Positions 62,206-64,000 of a stretch of 64,000 bases of DNA are shown in pieces; position 1 is the first letter of the stretch; the number at the start of each line of letters is the position of its first letter. The DNA comes from Octopus sinensis (Eukaryota): the NCBI RefSeq assembly GCF_006345805.1, contig NW_021832384.1, positions 124,001 through 188,000 of the forward strand, written 5' to 3'. The notes beneath the pieces are model-generated. The model had not been told where the DNA came from. It saw only the letters and a list, made by a program, of their open reading frames with translations, and ran no database searches. The translations under genes were made by a program, and so were the position numbers.

Positions 62206-62588
62206 GTGGAGGCGCAATGGCCCAGTGGTTAGGGCAGCGGACTCGCGGTCGTAGGACCGCGGTTTCGATTCCCAGACCGGGCGTTGTGAGTGTTTATTGA
62301 GCGAAAACACCTAAAGCTTCACGAGGCTCCGGCAGAGATGGTGGTGGTCCCTGTTGTACTCTTTCACCACAACTTTCTCTCACTCTTACTTCCTGTTTCT
62401 GTTGTACCTGTATTTCAAAGGGCCGGCCTTGTCACTCTCTGTGTCACGCTGAATATCCCCGAGAACTATGTTAAGGGTACACGTGTCTGTGGAGTGCTCA
62501 GCCACTTACACGTTAATTTCACGAGCAGGCTGTTCCGTTGATCGGATCAACCGGAACCCTCATCGTCGTAACCGACGGAGTGCTTCCA
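62206..62588 (+). mobile_element. SINE family C inserted in the mariner ORF
   Basis: 14-bp TSD ctgtattggatcca (62192-62205 and 62589-62602). Confidence 0.93.
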
Positions 62589-63075
62589 CTGTATTGGATC
62601 CATTTCTCATCACATGTTACAATTCGATAAAAAAAATGATTAATTTTTGTGACGAGAAAGTAGCCTAATGCAGCCTCCCAAACGATGCTGTCTCTGATTT
62701 TCATTGAGTTCATGTGGAGCCCACTTAACCAACTTTTCATTTTACTGATTTGAACTAGGTGAGTCGATATTGTTTGCTTGCTAACACTAAACAAACAATG
62801 ATAATTCACGGGCACTTTGAGATGGATCTACGTTTGTTTCTGGTCGATTGTGTTGCTCATTTGTGAGGCCAAAGTTACCAGAACGAAATTCTGCAAACCA
62901 ATTTGATACTATCTGCTGTGTAATAACATTAGAATGAAATACTCCATTAATATTCCGAGCTTTCTCTGATGCTGTATTTCCAAGAAACAACTCATATTTT
63001 AAAACTACGAATTTCTGACATATCCATCTCTAAAGAAAAATAGGAAAAGAAAAAAAAAACAATTTATAGAATTTA

Positions 63076-63371
63076 CTAGCAGTATCGCCCGGCGTTGCTC
63101 GGGTTTGTAAGGGAAATAACTATACAAGTATTATTAGAGAGTTATAGCCAAAAAATAGCAAAAAAATGCATTAAAAATGGAAAAAAAATGATGGTAAATT
63201 TTTTTTAAATCGTAGACTCATCGTAGACGCGCGCTAATACCCAGAAGGGCTCGATATGAATCACGACTATAAAATACCCGCTTTTGGTTAAACTGCACCG
63301 CAAAATATGGGAGTAGTTAGGAATCTAAATCGTAGGAGACAGACACACAACTTCACTTTTATATATAAAGA
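63076..63371 (-). mobile_element. Non-autonomous Helitron-like element (296 bp)
   Basis: A|TCtttatatataaaag...cccgagcaacgccggg hairpin...CTAG|T; AT target, no TSD. Confidence 0.85.
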
Positions 63372-63900
63372 TAAATACTTTCAGAAATACTAAATTTCTA
63401 AATCTCTCGTAGAGACATGTACGGTGGTGGGGCGATAGAATGGTTGCATACTGTCAATCTAACACGAACGTGACAGTAGGGGGGTACACCACCGCTGTTT
63501 AGCCCTAGGAAGCATCGACGCCTCCTGATGTCAAAGCCATCAGGAGGCGTCGATGCTTCGTAGGGCTAAACAACGGTGGTGTACCCCCTACTGTCACGTT
63601 CGTGTTAGATTGACAGTATACAACCATTCTATAAATACTTTATAAAGCACAAAATGAGTTAGAATAAAGAAATAGATGTATCATCTTTCTAACAAAAAAT
63701 AATGATTGTCAAAATATAATAATGGCGCGAAATGAGAAGCTGTCAAAGTTTACCATATACCTTACTACAAATTTCATACTTGACGACCTAATACATACAT
63801 ACATACATACATACATACATACATACATACATACATACATACATACACACACACACATATATATATATATACAAAATATATACATATACATTTAGACACA

Positions 63901-63950
<50 letters not shown>

Positions 63951-63952
<2 letters not shown>

Positions 63953-64000
63953 GGGTGATTGAAAAGTAACTTCCTGTTCTATATTTAAGAGATGAGTAAT
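63951..64000. mobile_element. Start of another TA-flanked Tc1/mariner-type element running out of the window
   Basis: TA|cagggtgattgaaaagtaacttcc. Confidence 0.65.

Larger units (their letters stand above)
61569..63791 (-). mobile_element. Full-length mariner relic C with perfect 27-bp TIRs and three nested insertions
   Basis: ttaggtcgtcaagtatgaaatttgtag at 61569 and its reverse complement at 63765-63791. Transposase from about 63027 to 61642 (IVTCDEKWIQY, LQDNARPH, HPPYSPDLA). Confidence 0.93.

Noticed and set aside
61642-62310. SETMAR-like domesticated gene
   Set aside because: No SET domain or splice link; the element has TIRs, lesions and a SINE in its ORF.

Overview
AT-rich, microsatellite- and retroposon-dense animal DNA; the repeat style best fits a coleoid cephalopod, probably Octopus (inference). 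The window holds the 3' 19 coding exons (+ strand, 1586-47309) of one gene recognisable as WDHD1/AND-1/Ctf4: end of the WD40 region, SepB beta-propeller, helical domain, acidic linker, HMG box, stop. The N-terminal exons lie upstream of the window. All GT-AG phases chain correctly except one 1-nt discrepancy at exon 31385-31721. Introns and the downstream region contain several tRNA-headed SINE families, a 3.1-kb young RTE LINE with a PHD-like finger, many RTE 3' ends carrying a ~62-bp VNTR, a CR1-group LINE, an RLE-type LINE relic, three mariner relics (one with both TIRs and three nested insertions), MITEs, Helitron-like pieces and many foldbacks. The most unusual signal is a set of foldback elements carrying minimal type-I hammerhead-ribozyme motifs head-to-head on opposite strands (61.1-61.6, 49.0-49.4 and 47.4-47.6 kb), plus four decayed hammerhead-like motifs. 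These most likely derive from Penelope-like or retrozyme-type elements, but no such ORF is in the window. No CRISPR, rRNA or genuine tRNA gene was found. Family names and human WDHD1 comparisons are from recall, not database searches; repeat boundaries are approximate unless a TSD or TIR is quoted.
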